The notes: generated by a model from the letters alone, not told the origin. DNA of 63,065 nt, filler included, from Folioceros fuciformis (GCA_049999805.1; 7 parts of 7 records of this genome joined end to end with filler, not necessarily neighbours in it); one strand, 5' to 3'. Numbered from the whole stretch's first letter, positions 1 through 11,830 are shown. A program made the numbers and translations.

Positions 1-3000
1 AAAACCAACTAGACGAAAGGGCGATGAGGAACTTTCAAAACCAACTAGACGAAAGGGCGATGAGGAACTTTCAAAACCAACTACTTGCGGATGTAAGGCA
101 TATAGGATGGGAGCAAATCCAGGGATTGGGAGTGTCAGTAGACTTGATCATTGCCGGGTGGGAATGTCAAGGCATGTCATTGGCAAGAGCAGGAAGGGGA
201 TTGTTGGATCCAAGGTTAGCACTATTCTTTGAGTTGACAAGGATCATTAGGTTGGTTCAACAAGATCAGCAAGAGCCATGTGGGTACATTCTTGAGAACG
301 TTCTAGCAATGTTTGACAAGAGGCAAACTGTGAAGGCAATGTTTGACAAGAGGCAAACTGTGAAGGACAGCTTCAAACAAATAAGAGGAGTAGTGGGTAT
401 GGAAGTATATCTTGATGTTGTGCAGTTTGGGTCACATGTACGTCGACTAAGGTGCATATGGACAAACATGATGCCTAGAGAAGCATTGATGACATGCAGG
501 GATATCACAATGTTGAAACGGTGCAAGTGAAAGACATCAGGTTCGGAGACAGGCATCCTCAAGAAATCATGAAGTATGAAAGTATGCCGTACTTCGTTGT
601 GAATGAAGTGGGAAAACCAAGGGTAGCATGGCCAACCTTTGTAAGTGCAATTGGCTCTTATGCTTTTGGGTATGCTAACTCACCAGGCAGAGTGATGAGC
701 TCGGAAGGAGATGATATAGGAGAGCCAAATACACTCGAGTGAGAGTTAGCCATGGGATATGTCTTTGGAGCTACAGACATGGAAGGTGTGACTGAGAGAA
801 CAAGGTGAAGGTTATTGGGGCAGTCCATGGATGTCAACATGTTGACGTAGTTGTGTAGCACATGTGTAGCTTATCAATGGAGTAAGTACAAAAAGGGCAA
901 AACAATCGTTGTGGTACCGCAAGCTAGGGCAAAAAAAGCAAAGAAATCCAAGCTTGTCGAAGCACAAGTCAAGCGTGAAGATCAACCCAAGTTGATGGAG
1001 TGGGACGTGAACAAAGAGCTAACAGTTGAACAACAATAGCGAATGCAAGTTTTCTTGGATGCACACAAGGATAGCTTAGCATTTCCCATGAGTGATCTAG
1101 GTTGTTGTACCAAGTCCAAGTTCTCTATTAAATTGTAGAATGAGACACCATTAAGGATGTGGCATCATAAGCTTAGCAAGGTTGAGTGGGACATTGTGGA
1201 AGAATGGTGCCAAGAACTGCTCAAGGCAAGATTGATCAAGGTCTCAAATTCTGATTGGATGCCGGCTATTGTGTTACCATTAAAGAAGAATGAAGCTAGA
1301 AGAATGGGTGGACCAACGAATGTGTGAAGATTATCGTTACTTGAATGCTATCAGTAAATTGCATGGGTATCAAATGCTTACTCCTGATGAAATATTTGAT
1401 GACATTAGAAGTGCTTGCTACTTCTCCACATTGGATCTTAGGAAAGGCTTTAACCAAATTGACATCGTGGAGGAGGATCAATGCAAGACGGCATTTTGGG
1501 GAAGAGATTCATTATATGAATGGCTAAGGATGTCATTTAGACTAAAGAAATTTGTTGTGGTGTTTCAAGAGAATACTGATGGTACATTGGCAAATGTGCC
1601 TAAGGCAACGTGTTATGTGGATGACATCATTATCTTCACTAAGACTTTTGAAGAGCAAATTCAAGTGGTGGAAAAAGTCTTTGCTAGGTTGAAGGAATGG
1701 GGGCTTAAATGTCATCCTCGTAAGTGTACGTTTGCGTACAACAAGATGTTGTACTTGGGGCATGAGATAACTCCAGAGGGCATTTCACCTTACATGGCTA
1801 AAGTGGAGGCCATTATGAAATTGCCCAAGCCAATTGACATTTCCAAGTTACGAACATTTCTTGGACTTATTAGTTATTATGAAAGGTACATACCTAACAT
1901 GAGTGCAATTGTGAGGCTATTGACGCTATTGTTGAAGAATGGTCAGGAATGGTGTTGGGAGTAGGAACAAGAGTTGGCATTACTAGAGGTGAAGAACAAG
2001 CTATGCAACAGTTCAGTTTCACGAAGACTAGACTTTACCAGGGAATTTTTGTTGTATACTGATTAGAGCAAGCTTGGATTGGGTGCAATGCTAGCACAAG
2101 TTTTTGGGGATGGAGAAGAACACCCTATTGCTTATGCTAGTCACAGTACGAACGCTACTAGTAGAGGCAAACTATTGTTCTTATGAAGGAGAGTGTCTAG
2201 CACTTATGTGGGCAGTGATGCATTTCCGAGTTTATCTACATGGACGAATATTTGAAGTCATCACAAATCATCAACCATTGCATTGGTTGATGACAAACAA
2301 TAAGTTGACAAGGAAACTTGCTAGGTGGGCTATGATCTTGCAAGAGTTTGACTTCACTGTAACACATTGTATAGGGAAGACGTATTTGAATGCTGATGCG
2401 CTATCCAAGAACCCAATGGAAAGTAGCATGGATCTTAATGAGGTGCGACATGATTGGATCATGACATTGTAGGTCATCACTGTGAGTCGCAACTTGGCTG
2501 AGCTTGCAACGTATGAACTAGACGAGGAAGTCTTGGAAGATCTTGAAAAACCATAGGTTCCCATTGTGAGGGCCAATTGTGTTCGAGATGCATGGGCAAA
2601 TCAGCAGTTAATGGATTATGTTTAGACTGGCCAAATCGCTGAAGGGATTAGTCAACGGTGCAAGGATCAACTGCAGCACAGGGCAAAACGATACATGTGG
2701 GAAGATAGCAAGTTGTACATGTTGCAGTATAATGGTCAGCGTAAGGTGGTGCTAGCACCAATGGAGCGTGAGGCATTGATTATGCAAGTGCATGAGCAAC
2801 TGGGACGTTTTGGTGTCAAATGCACATTGAGCATGTTGACGCCATGATATTGTTGGGTAGGCATGCACAAGCAAGTGCAGGAGATTGTTGCCAGGTGCAA
2901 ATCATGCGATCGAATCAAGGCAAGATTTACAGCGGATGATATAGTGTTTCATTCTTTGCCTATAAGAGGATTATTCTACAAGTGGGGAGTTGACTTGTTG

Positions 3001-3225
3001 CTGAAATTGCCAAGGACCTCGTGAGGAAATCGTTACATGATGTTGATGATTGAGTACTTCTCCAAATGGATTGAAGTTGTTGTCTTTCATGAGAAGATGT
3101 CGTATAACACTGGCCAGGCATTTTGCAATGTATGTTGTCAAGGTTTGGTGCATGTGTTGAAGTTGTGACGGATCAGGGATCAGAGTTTAGAGAGGAATTT
3201 CAACAGCTTATGGACAAGGCGCTCA
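1..3225 (+). mobile_element. Decayed Ty3/Gypsy LTR retrotransposon pol, copy A: C5-DNA methyltransferase, RT, RNase H and integrase N-half (continues in the inverted segment 4039-4853)
   Basis: RT motifs RMCEDYRYLN, LDLRKGFNQI and YVDD (1290-1964). RNase H NYCSYEGECLA..ITNHQPL..ARWA..NADALS (2104-2472). Integrase Zn-binding HEQLG..C-x2-C (~2790-2910) and core WGVD..VVTDQGSEF (~2980-3190). Many stops and frameshifts; the 5' end runs off the window. Confidence 0.93.
24..850 (+). pseudogene. Retrotransposon-borne C5 cytosine methyltransferase domain (DNMT3-like), copy A, frameshifted
   Basis: Motif IV-like DLIIAGWECQG (141-173), motif VI YILENV (~285-302), motif VIII DVVQFGSHVRRLRCIWTN (~415-467), motif IX E*ELAMG (~737-757), motif X RLLGQSMD (~808-832). 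Motif I lies outside the window. Confidence 0.88.
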
Positions 3226-3750
3226 GATTGGATGGCCTTTTTCCATTTTGCAGCATCAAGGCTACTCAAGGCTTCTTCGTAAGATGAGGCTCTATGGGAT
3301 CAAGAGCAATAGCATGTACAGAGGGTGTCATAAAATCTTGAGACTGATAATAATCTGGTGCCCGTCTTTCTCTTGCCGGATAACGGCGCACCGGTTCAGG
3401 TACATCCTCATCATCAGGGTCAAGATCTAGATTTGGATCAGGACCATCATCGTCATTAGGAACAAGGGGTTCAGGATCAACAGCACATGAGGAGGTGGAT
3501 CCTGTATGTCAACAACAAAATCAGGAACTGCTAATTCATCTGCCTGCTCTACAACTTGTCCATCATTTTGCTGATTGTCTTCCCGCCCTGCAAGACCAAA
3601 CTCCTCATGTGGAAAGTTAGGAAAAACTGTGATGTCAGAAAGAGTAGACAAATCAAAAGCCTCTTGGGAGGTGGGAAGTGCTCCCACTGGCTGCCAAAAA
3701 CGAGTTTCATCAAAAGTCAGGTTGTGAGCTTGCCCGTAGCCCCATAAGTC
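3226..3750 (-). mobile_element. Ty1/Copia integrase-to-RT linker fragment (inverted)
   Basis: Minus strand reads LTFDET near 3715 and SYEEALSSLDAAKWKKAIQS ending at 3226, the typical Copia pre-RT motif. It joins EYDSL at 4854 once re-inverted. Confidence 0.8.
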
Positions 3751-4038
3751 TCATGAGCAAAAGGGATGAAAATATGTGTCGTGTTCTGCTGCTAAATATT
3801 GCACTCATGCATGGTTCATTAGTTAACAATACTCACACCATGCCACATTACACACAAATTCAACACTGCATGATGGTGCTGCAGCTCTATCCCCCCTACT
3901 AGTTAGTACTCTGCCAACACATATATGTTGTAGCACTACTACAACATACTAAGAATTCAAACATACATGTAACTCTTGAACAAAACATCAATCATCCATC
4001 AACTAGTATTACTTGTTAATGAAGATTAGGTTGCTGGC

Positions 4039-4853
4039 TCATGGCTTTGGCAACTTCGCACAGTTTGGGCAAAACCAATCTTCTTGCAATACTTCTTCCA
4101 AGGCTGGCTGTAGACAAAACAGGTGATACTCTTGATTACAATGGTTACACAAGAGCATGACATCTTCTTCATCAGAGTGACTACAAATGCGGCATTCCAA
4201 GTCCTTAGGTGGTATCCAAGTGCTAGGTTGTGGCTCTGGATCCAAATATGGCAAATGACATGGAGCTAGGTTCTTCAAATGATCTTTCTACCTTCGTCCA
4301 TCAGATCCCTCCAGCTCCACCACCCCAACGTCCTTGACAACAACCACCTGCAGAATTATGCGCCCAACACTACTATCAAGTGTATCCGAAGGTTGTTGAG
4401 CCAAGTATACATAATCACCAGGTTCAAATCGCCGCACTTTGAGCTTCCAACTTCCTCCTTTTGTATAAGCATAGCGTAGTCTGTCCCTATGTTGTGCAAT
4501 GGCCAAATTTTCCATTGCCATTGGCATTATATGCTGAAACAACATTTCCCGACTTTGCAGCTCTCTGATGCAGCCATCCACATCTTGCCATGATATTGGT
4601 CTTTCCATAGCAGCTTGCTGCACATTAGGCAACTGTGGATGTCTCCCAAACAATAAAAAATACAGAGAAAAGTCGGCAAGCGCGGCTTGATTGCTTGCCC
4701 GATAGCCCAACAACATGTATGCCACCACTTCATCCCAGCCTTTCGTGCTATTTTGCAAGCAATACTTACATAGAGCATGCTTGACAGTTTGCACTCCCCT
4801 TTCAGCCAAACCATCTGCTTGTGGATAATCCCTGCTTGTGCGACGATGATCAA
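4039..4853 (-). mobile_element. Gypsy integrase C-half plus C-terminal PHD finger (inverted piece of copy A)
   Basis: DHRRTSRDYPQADGLAERGVQT..LLFGRHP..FEPGDYVYL, then a C4HC3 PHD: CRICSHSDEEDVMLLCNHCNQEYHLFCLQPALEEVLQEDWFCPNC. Confidence 0.9.
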
Positions 4854-6384
4854 TGAATATGATTCATTGATAAAAAATGGAACATGGGAATTAGCTAAGT
4901 AACCTCCTGGACGCAAGCCTCTATCTTGCAAATGGCTTTTTAAATTGAAAGTTAAAGCAGATGGCACCTTTGATCATTATAAAGCTCGGCTTGTTGCCCG
5001 AGGCTTCTCTCAAGTGCCAGGTCTAGATTACCTGGAAACATATGCTCCTGTTATGAAGTTGGCCACTTTTCGCACTATATGTGCACTTGCAGCACACAAT
5101 GATTATGAGTTAGATATGTTTGATGTAAAGACAACTTTCTTACATGGAAAACTGGACACTGAAATTTACATGCAACAGCCACCTGGGTATGAGGTGAAAG
5201 GAAAAGAAGATTGTGTCTTACGCTTGATTTAAACCCTATATGGGTTGAAACAATCTGCCCTTGAGTGGAATGTTGTTCTTGATGAAGAACTGCGATCCCT
5301 AGGTTTTGTTAAATCTGCCTTAGATGGAAGCTTATATGTTTACAGATCTAAAGTTGTAGTATGTTACCTGGCTATATATGTAGATGATCTCATATTGGCC
5401 TGTAACAGTCCTACCTTCATCAAAGACATAAATAAGGTGTTATCAACCAAGTTTGAGATGACACACCTAGGTGCTCTACAAAGTTGCCTTGGCATATTGA
5501 TTCAGCGTGACAGGCAGAAAAGGACTATTTCTTTAACATAGCCACGATACGTATTAAATAGTGCTGAACAACTTGGTTTGAAGGATGCCAAACCATTAGC
5601 TACTCCTTTACCTTGTGGACTGAAAATAAGCAAATCAATGTGTCATGACACACAAACACAAAAAGATCAAATGAGAACAGTACCCTACAGATAGGCTGTT
5701 GGAAAACTTATCTATGCTGCAAATACTACAAGACCAGAAGTAGCTTATGCTACGAGTGTGCTTTCACAATATTTGGAAAATCTAGGTCAAACACACTAGA
5801 TAGGTGTTAAAAGAGTTTTCATATATCTAAAAGGCACTCATAACATTGGCATAAGGTATAGAAATATACCTGGAGTACCTTTATAGCTGGATGTCTTCAC
5901 AGACTTAGATTATGCTGGGGACATAGATACACGAAAGTGAGTTTCCGACTATGTAGTAATGATAGCAGGAGGACCAATCTGCTGGTCGAGTAAGAAACAA
6001 CCTACTATGGCCTTATCCAATACAGAGGTTGAGTATCGTGTGCTTAGAGCTGCTGCAACGGAAATAGCTTGGTGTAAATCGATGTTCAAGGAGCTTGGAT
6101 TACCACTTCCAACTTGCACCACAATTAAAACAGACAATTAAGGATCAATGAGTCTTCCTCACAATGCAGTATTTCACTCTAGAACCAAACATGTGGAAGT
6201 TGAATACCACTTTATACGTGACTTGATCAAATCTGGACAGATTGATCTAGAGTATGTGCCAACAGCTGAAAACCTAGTTGACATTTTAACTAAGTCCTTA
6301 GGAAGGGAACTTCACGAAAAGCACATGAAAGTTCTTGGCATGGGGAGCCATGAAGGTAGCCCCACTACCATATCTAAGACCTAG
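4854..6384 (+). mobile_element. Ty1/Copia RT-RNase H, decayed
   Basis: EYDSLIKNGTWEL, YKARLVARGFSQ, DVKTTFLHG, YVDDL, WSSKKQ..ALSNTEVEY, HSRTKHVEVEYHFIRD. Several in-frame stops. Confidence 0.95.
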
Positions 6385-7880
6385 CCAACCAAGCTAGTCA
6401 CAACGCCAATCATTGTTGTCGTCATTGCTTGATTTCCCTGGTGGAGATTGGAAAGATTTCCTGCTCTCAGAACTTGTTGAGTCAGCAAATTTTTCCCAAG
6501 AATCATAGTCCATAGACTCTGAAGAGAAAGTTTCATCTTCATTGCGAGGAGAAAATGTTTTCCTCCTCTCCTGATAAGAAATTCTCTCCTTTGTCTCGAG
6601 GATATTCTCCTCTTCAGATCTATCTTCAGATCCTGTTGATAGACTGTGGAAGCATGGTTCACAGACAATTGACATAGGTCAACAGGGGGTTAAGACCTTT
6701 CCAGGTCATACACAAAGGAAAAAATCAGACTATCTACACTGACTGTTTTAAGCACAAAAGAACAGACTCAAACTAGTGTGAAGACATACTATGGATACTG
6801 ATGATGTGATCTTTGTATTCCCGGCATAGCTGTAGCTCAACGTGTTTCATCACCAGTTCAGTAGATGTGCAACTGTACCAAAGAGGGCTTTCGGGCGTCT
6901 CCCAATTGCCAGGGGTTATGATTCTTGTTTCTGACATCACACCTGTGGGAATTGGGAACCTGGGCGGAACAGGAGGGCGTTCATTAGTATCGGCATACTC
7001 AAACTCACCACGATTGAAGCGGCGCCTTTCCACTGTTGCCTGAGAATGGATATCTTCACATGACCTGCCCCTCAAACCTCCCATGGTAGTAGTTGGTGCT
7101 GTGCGGGATCGAGGTTGAGGCGCGGTTGCTGTAGGTTGTTTAGTCCTGGTGCCTGAGGTCAAGCGGGTATGATGAGAAGACGTTGCCGCCACCACTGTCA
7201 CTGTCTCTGATGCTGCTTCCAGGCGTCTTGCTTCAAGCACAGCCCTGGCGGTGCCTCGGGGTCTCCCTCACGGCCACCCTGAGCTGCTTGCTCTTCTTGT
7301 ACTTTGTATCATTGTTTGTGCAGGCTGATGCGCTCTCACGCCTTCCTCAAAGACAGTTGCTTTAGCTGTTGCTAGTGCGAAGCGCCCTAGCTGATCTCTT
7401 GAGTAGATGCGCCGCTTTGCACGAGACGTGCTTTCCTCAAACCTTGAAAATGCCATGTTCTTTGAAGAATTGAGCTTGTGCCCTATGAGCCTAGCCGCTA
7501 TATGGCATGGGGCGTAAACAAGAGCTATTAAAACAACGAACCTGTACAGAGCTGGCTTCACACTATCCCGCTCCATTGGGAGCTTACACCATATAGAGTA
7601 CACACACACGCTCAAGCAAGAAGCCCAGCTGAACTCACAGTCTCCATAGGCTACTCGCGAAGGAGAAGACTGACCGACCCATAACAATCAGCAAGTGGGA
7701 GTGATGAGAATAGGTGCTGATTCATTAGGGTTCAGTAATATCAGCATTTATAGTATGTGTGTAAATAGATATTATTATTCTAAATATCCCTTCATTAGAA
7801 TTACTCCTTTAGTGATAGTGAAAGGTCATGTGTGTTCATGTTCATAATAACTTAAATTCGGTTAGCGTCTTTTGACATGC
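6385..7880 (+). mobile_element. Long 3' region of the Copia element with antisense ORF remnants; candidate PPT at ~7693-7701 followed by an AT-rich LTR-like stretch from 7702
   Basis: Minus-strand ORFs 7268-7687, 6773-7240 and 6394-6675. AAGTGGGAG|TGATGAG resembles a PPT/LTR boundary; the LTR end was not found. Confidence 0.4.
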
Positions 7881-7949
7881 GCTTTTATTGTAATATTCTT
7901 TGATTAATAATGTAATTGTTTAAAAAAGCAATTGGTCTACACCAATCCA

Positions 7950-10900
7950 ATCCAAGTACATGGCTTCGCCAATCACATGGAAGATTTCTTCTAGAGTTGG
8001 CATGAGATATCTTTCCATGGGTGTCACGCTGTTTAAAGCCCGGTAGTCTCCACACATACGCCTGTCCTTCCATTCCCTATTCTGATCCTTTTTTAACGAC
8101 AAGGCTATCGCCACCGCGTATTAAGACTTCAACTTTCTGATCAATCCAACAAATGCAAGCTCTTGGCATCGTTTGTCGACCAGGTCCCATTCTATTGGAC
8201 TTAGTCTGTGCCTTCTTCTGAACACTGATTCTTCGGTGCTAGTGTCTATACGAAATTTAATGCGATCATACTGCCCCAGCTCTTCCCAACTGAACGCAAA
8301 AGCATGTTTGTTTTGCTCCAACAGCATTCAGAACCCTTGCTTGTCTTCTTTGCTGAGCTCTTCGCATATCTGCCATTGATGTTCATTTCTTTCTTTGCTT
8401 CCCATGCACGGAACCTCTTCCCTTTCCTCATTTAGTGCCTTCTGCTGAGGATCCATTGGAAAGCTTGTTCCTGGCTCTAGCACTCGTAAGTGCCGTTTTC
8501 TTCTAGGGACACATGCAAACATCTGGGCTACCAGCCCTACACATATTAACCAATGTAGGCAAAACAAATCAAAGGCCTGCCCTACAAGCCTACTTCTGTA
8601 CGAGTTAGACACCCCTGGCGTGGTTGTGCCATTCAACCAGAACCCCATCGCACGTTCTCTTTCTATGATTACTGGTTCACCAACCTCCTCTCCTTTCTTC
8701 TTTAATACCATTCCATTGCCTTCATGATGAAAAATGTATGACTGAGATTTACTGACCAGTGTGGGCCATGCTCTTCTTGGCTTTCCTACAATGTTCAAGG
8801 GAAAGTTGGGCAGCCGTTCTGCCCTTCTTACTTGTTGAGACACCCCGGGTATTAGAGGAAGGAAGGGTCCCTTCCTTGCTCTAATATCTCATCCACTTGT
8901 TGCTGCGGGGGTTTGGTGCCTACCCTATGCTGCTTGAAGACCTCGACACTGGCCACGTTGGTCCAAAAACTTTGCACTTGGTGTGCATATGAGCCCACTT
9001 GAGCGGTATCAATAATGAATTCGCTCCCCAGCCATCGTCTAAGCTGTTCATAATCCTGCCTGATGGTCTCCCGCTTGTCGAAAGCACCACACATTTTCTA
9101 GCAAATACCAACAATTGGGATTCAACTCTTGCACCAACTGCAGCACTCGTATCACTTCCTCGGCTTGCCTTAGACCACTCCCCGTTCCCTTGCCTGCCCC
9201 AGAAAATGCCTTGCATTCCCAACCTGCTATCACCAGATGCACACGACAGCCCATGGACTCCAACTGTTGTCTCCCTAGCATCTCAATGTCTTCTGAGAGC
9301 CTGCTCTGACACCCGTTCATGGCCGATACAATGAACTGGGTGGGAAAGAATCGCTGCAAATCTTCAACGCGTGCCTTTGCGACTGCATGGGTTTTAGCCT
9401 ATCGTTCTACACAGGTGTATTTTTTTATCCTTATTCTGCATCGCAGCACTGCTTCCAACCCAATGCTGATCCTTGCACACAACTCAACTAGATGGATCCC
9501 TTGATCGGCTGGCTTCCATTGAATCACCTTCTTATCAATGCGAAGCTCCTCTCCCTTGAGCCTTTTTTCCATTTGGTAGGCAACTCTCTGGACACATGCC
9601 CGAGGCCTGCCAAGGCTTTGGCTTCTCATGTCGATTGCGTTCTCTGACCAATGCCTGCTCCAGTTCTTGTGTGGCCCGTATGCACATGCCAGTTCTACTC
9701 TCGTGTGACTCTTGTGTTTCTTCACCCATCATCTCTTGAGTTTCTGTCCACATCTCATCTCAATCCAGACTCGATGCCACATAACTACCCAGCGCTGGCA
9801 CATTCCCTGCCTTTGCGCCGCGCCTTCTCATTTCTAAAGGAATTCGGGCTGTCCAAGTGAAATCCCCATTCTGCCACCCTGGTCGATAGAATGCCACCAA
9901 GTGTAATGGGTCCACTCCCGTTGCGAGACCGTGTGTTGTATCAGCCCTAAGCAAGACATCGTAGTTCTCTGCCTTCGACACAAGACAGTGCACTCGTCTT
10001 ATACATGCATCCGGTGTGCCTATTTTGAATTCTATCTGAATTGGCTCTCATGTTACCCCTCATACCCTGGTGCTTGCGGATGTCGCGATTCTTACATGGC
10101 TGGGCCTGATTCTCTCCCCATACAGCTTCAGTTCTTGTTGCACCCGGGATCCCAGCATCATTAGGTTTGCGCCAATGTCTATTAGTACCCGTTCAGGGGC
10201 AAATCCATTGAGCGTGACATGTCTGTCCATATTTTTCACCATTGCAATTCCACCTCTTCCTCTGGATTCAAGTTTCAAATGATCTCCTCACAGGCTTACC
10301 ATCCCAATCACCGTTCCCAATTCATCAACTTCCTTTTTTATCCACGCTTGCATAGCACGCTTGAATGAACTAGTCTGGATCCCAAGATCTCGCAGACTGA
10401 CCATAGGGGCGTTCATGGCCTTTTCAAACAAAATATCAGCATTCGGTTGCTTGCATTGAGCTGGCACAACTGCCTCATCATCTTTCATTTGCCTGAAGGA
10501 ACTTGGCATTCTAGATTGCTGCTTGTCCTCAAACTGCCGACAAAAAACCCTCTTTCCAAAATTCGTGATTTGTGTTTGTGGCTCACTCGTTCTTCCTACT
10601 GTGAGCGCACTCACATTTGCCTCGTCGTCTGAGTTGTCTTTATTCCACCCTGGCGTGCACGGTGCAGTGACACACTCATTGCCAATTGTTCCTGTAAGTG
10701 CTGTACTTCACTCAAAAGAGCTATGGGTGTGTAGTTAGCCCTATGCTCTGCTTTCCCACTCTGCTCGTTCACTATCTTAGGCTTGAGTTCGGGGTGCACT
10801 TGCTAGCATGCGGCCTCAATATGTCTTGGTTTGCTGTAAGGCCGTTACACCTCCTTCTCCTTTACCCCTCCTGCCCGATAGTCACATGCACTAACTCGGT

Positions 10901-11830
10901 GTGCTCCTCTGCACTTCGAGCATTTGCTGGCATTTTGCTCACCACAGCACTGTTGACTGATCTCTCCTTTGAGGGTGAAAATCTTCTCAGCCCAGCTAAC
11001 TGTGTCTGCTCGCGATATGTGTCCCTACGGCCAACCTTCGAGGTGCTAGTTGTTCCGGAATGCCCTCTGCCTACATGATGCTCCTCCCAGTAAGCATTGG
11101 TTACTGCATCACCTTTCATCACTCGCTCAACCATCTCATAAGCCTGCTCCAGCTCATAATTTGCTCCATGTAACATGTGTAGGAAGTTGGTGATCACTCT
11201 CCGCAGTCAACCAGGAAGTGCTATGATGTATATTTGTGCTGCCTCATGCATTCTTTTTGCCTTGTTGTCCTTCACTAGCTGTCGGAGCCTTAGATACATT
11301 GACCGAAGAGGTTCTTTTGGCTTGATAACAAACTTGGACAGCTCTTGGATTTTTTCAATGGACGAGACCGGAAACATCTCAGCAAAAGAGTGAAACATCT
11401 CATCCACCAAGCACGTTACCATCTCTTAGGGTCTTGCAACTCTTGCTTCATCATCATCTTCTTTGAGTGACTTGCCCATTCTTCTGGTCCTGACCAGCAC
11501 TCGTGCATTCTCCATGATCTTCTCCTTGGAAGCTGGATAACAGGTGAGTGCTTCTCCAGCTAGAAACGTGCTCATCTTTTGAGCGCCATCTTCGGCATGA
11601 ATTCCGACTTGCACTTCAGTACCATTTCATCTAGCGACCACTTGAACTTTTCCTCGAAGTATGCCAGTGACATGCTGTCATGCCTACCAGTGAGCACATC
11701 ATTCTTGCTCAAGACTGGCTCTTGGTCCATTCTTCCTACCACCCGGCTAGAATCCCCAATCCAACGTCCTTATTAGACTGTGACTCTAGTGAAATCACCC
11801 ACTGTTCTTGTGAATGGATGGATACGAACT
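7950..11830 (-). mobile_element. Decayed Ty3/Gypsy LTR retrotransposon, copy B: gag, protease, C5-DNA methyltransferase and RT N-terminus (3'-truncated)
   Basis: Gag-like ORFs 11614-10862. Degenerate Zn knuckle SKPRHIEAAC*QVHPELKP (~10830-10780). Protease VLIDIGANLMMLG (10278-10060) and YDVLL. DNMT motifs follow, then pre-RT FRRRHRLSPIEW and RT RMCGDYRALN..YLMPTLEEIF (8327-7950). Confidence 0.9.
8560..9510 (-). pseudogene. Retrotransposon-borne C5 cytosine methyltransferase domain (DNMT3-like), copy B, complete motif set but frameshifted
   Basis: Motif I IHLVELCARISIGLEAV..IKKYTCVE, IV HLVIAGWECKAFSGAG, VI YLLENV, VIII IDTAQVGSYAHQVQSFWTN, IX ERERAMGF, X RSRLVGQAFD, all in canonical order. 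Confidence 0.9.

Noticed and set aside
24-850. Reading the methyltransferase as a host DRM/CMT gene or a bacterial restriction-modification contaminant
   Set aside because: It has no introns, UBA, BAH or chromo domains, shows non-permuted motif order unlike DRM, and is collinear with Gypsy pol in two copies.
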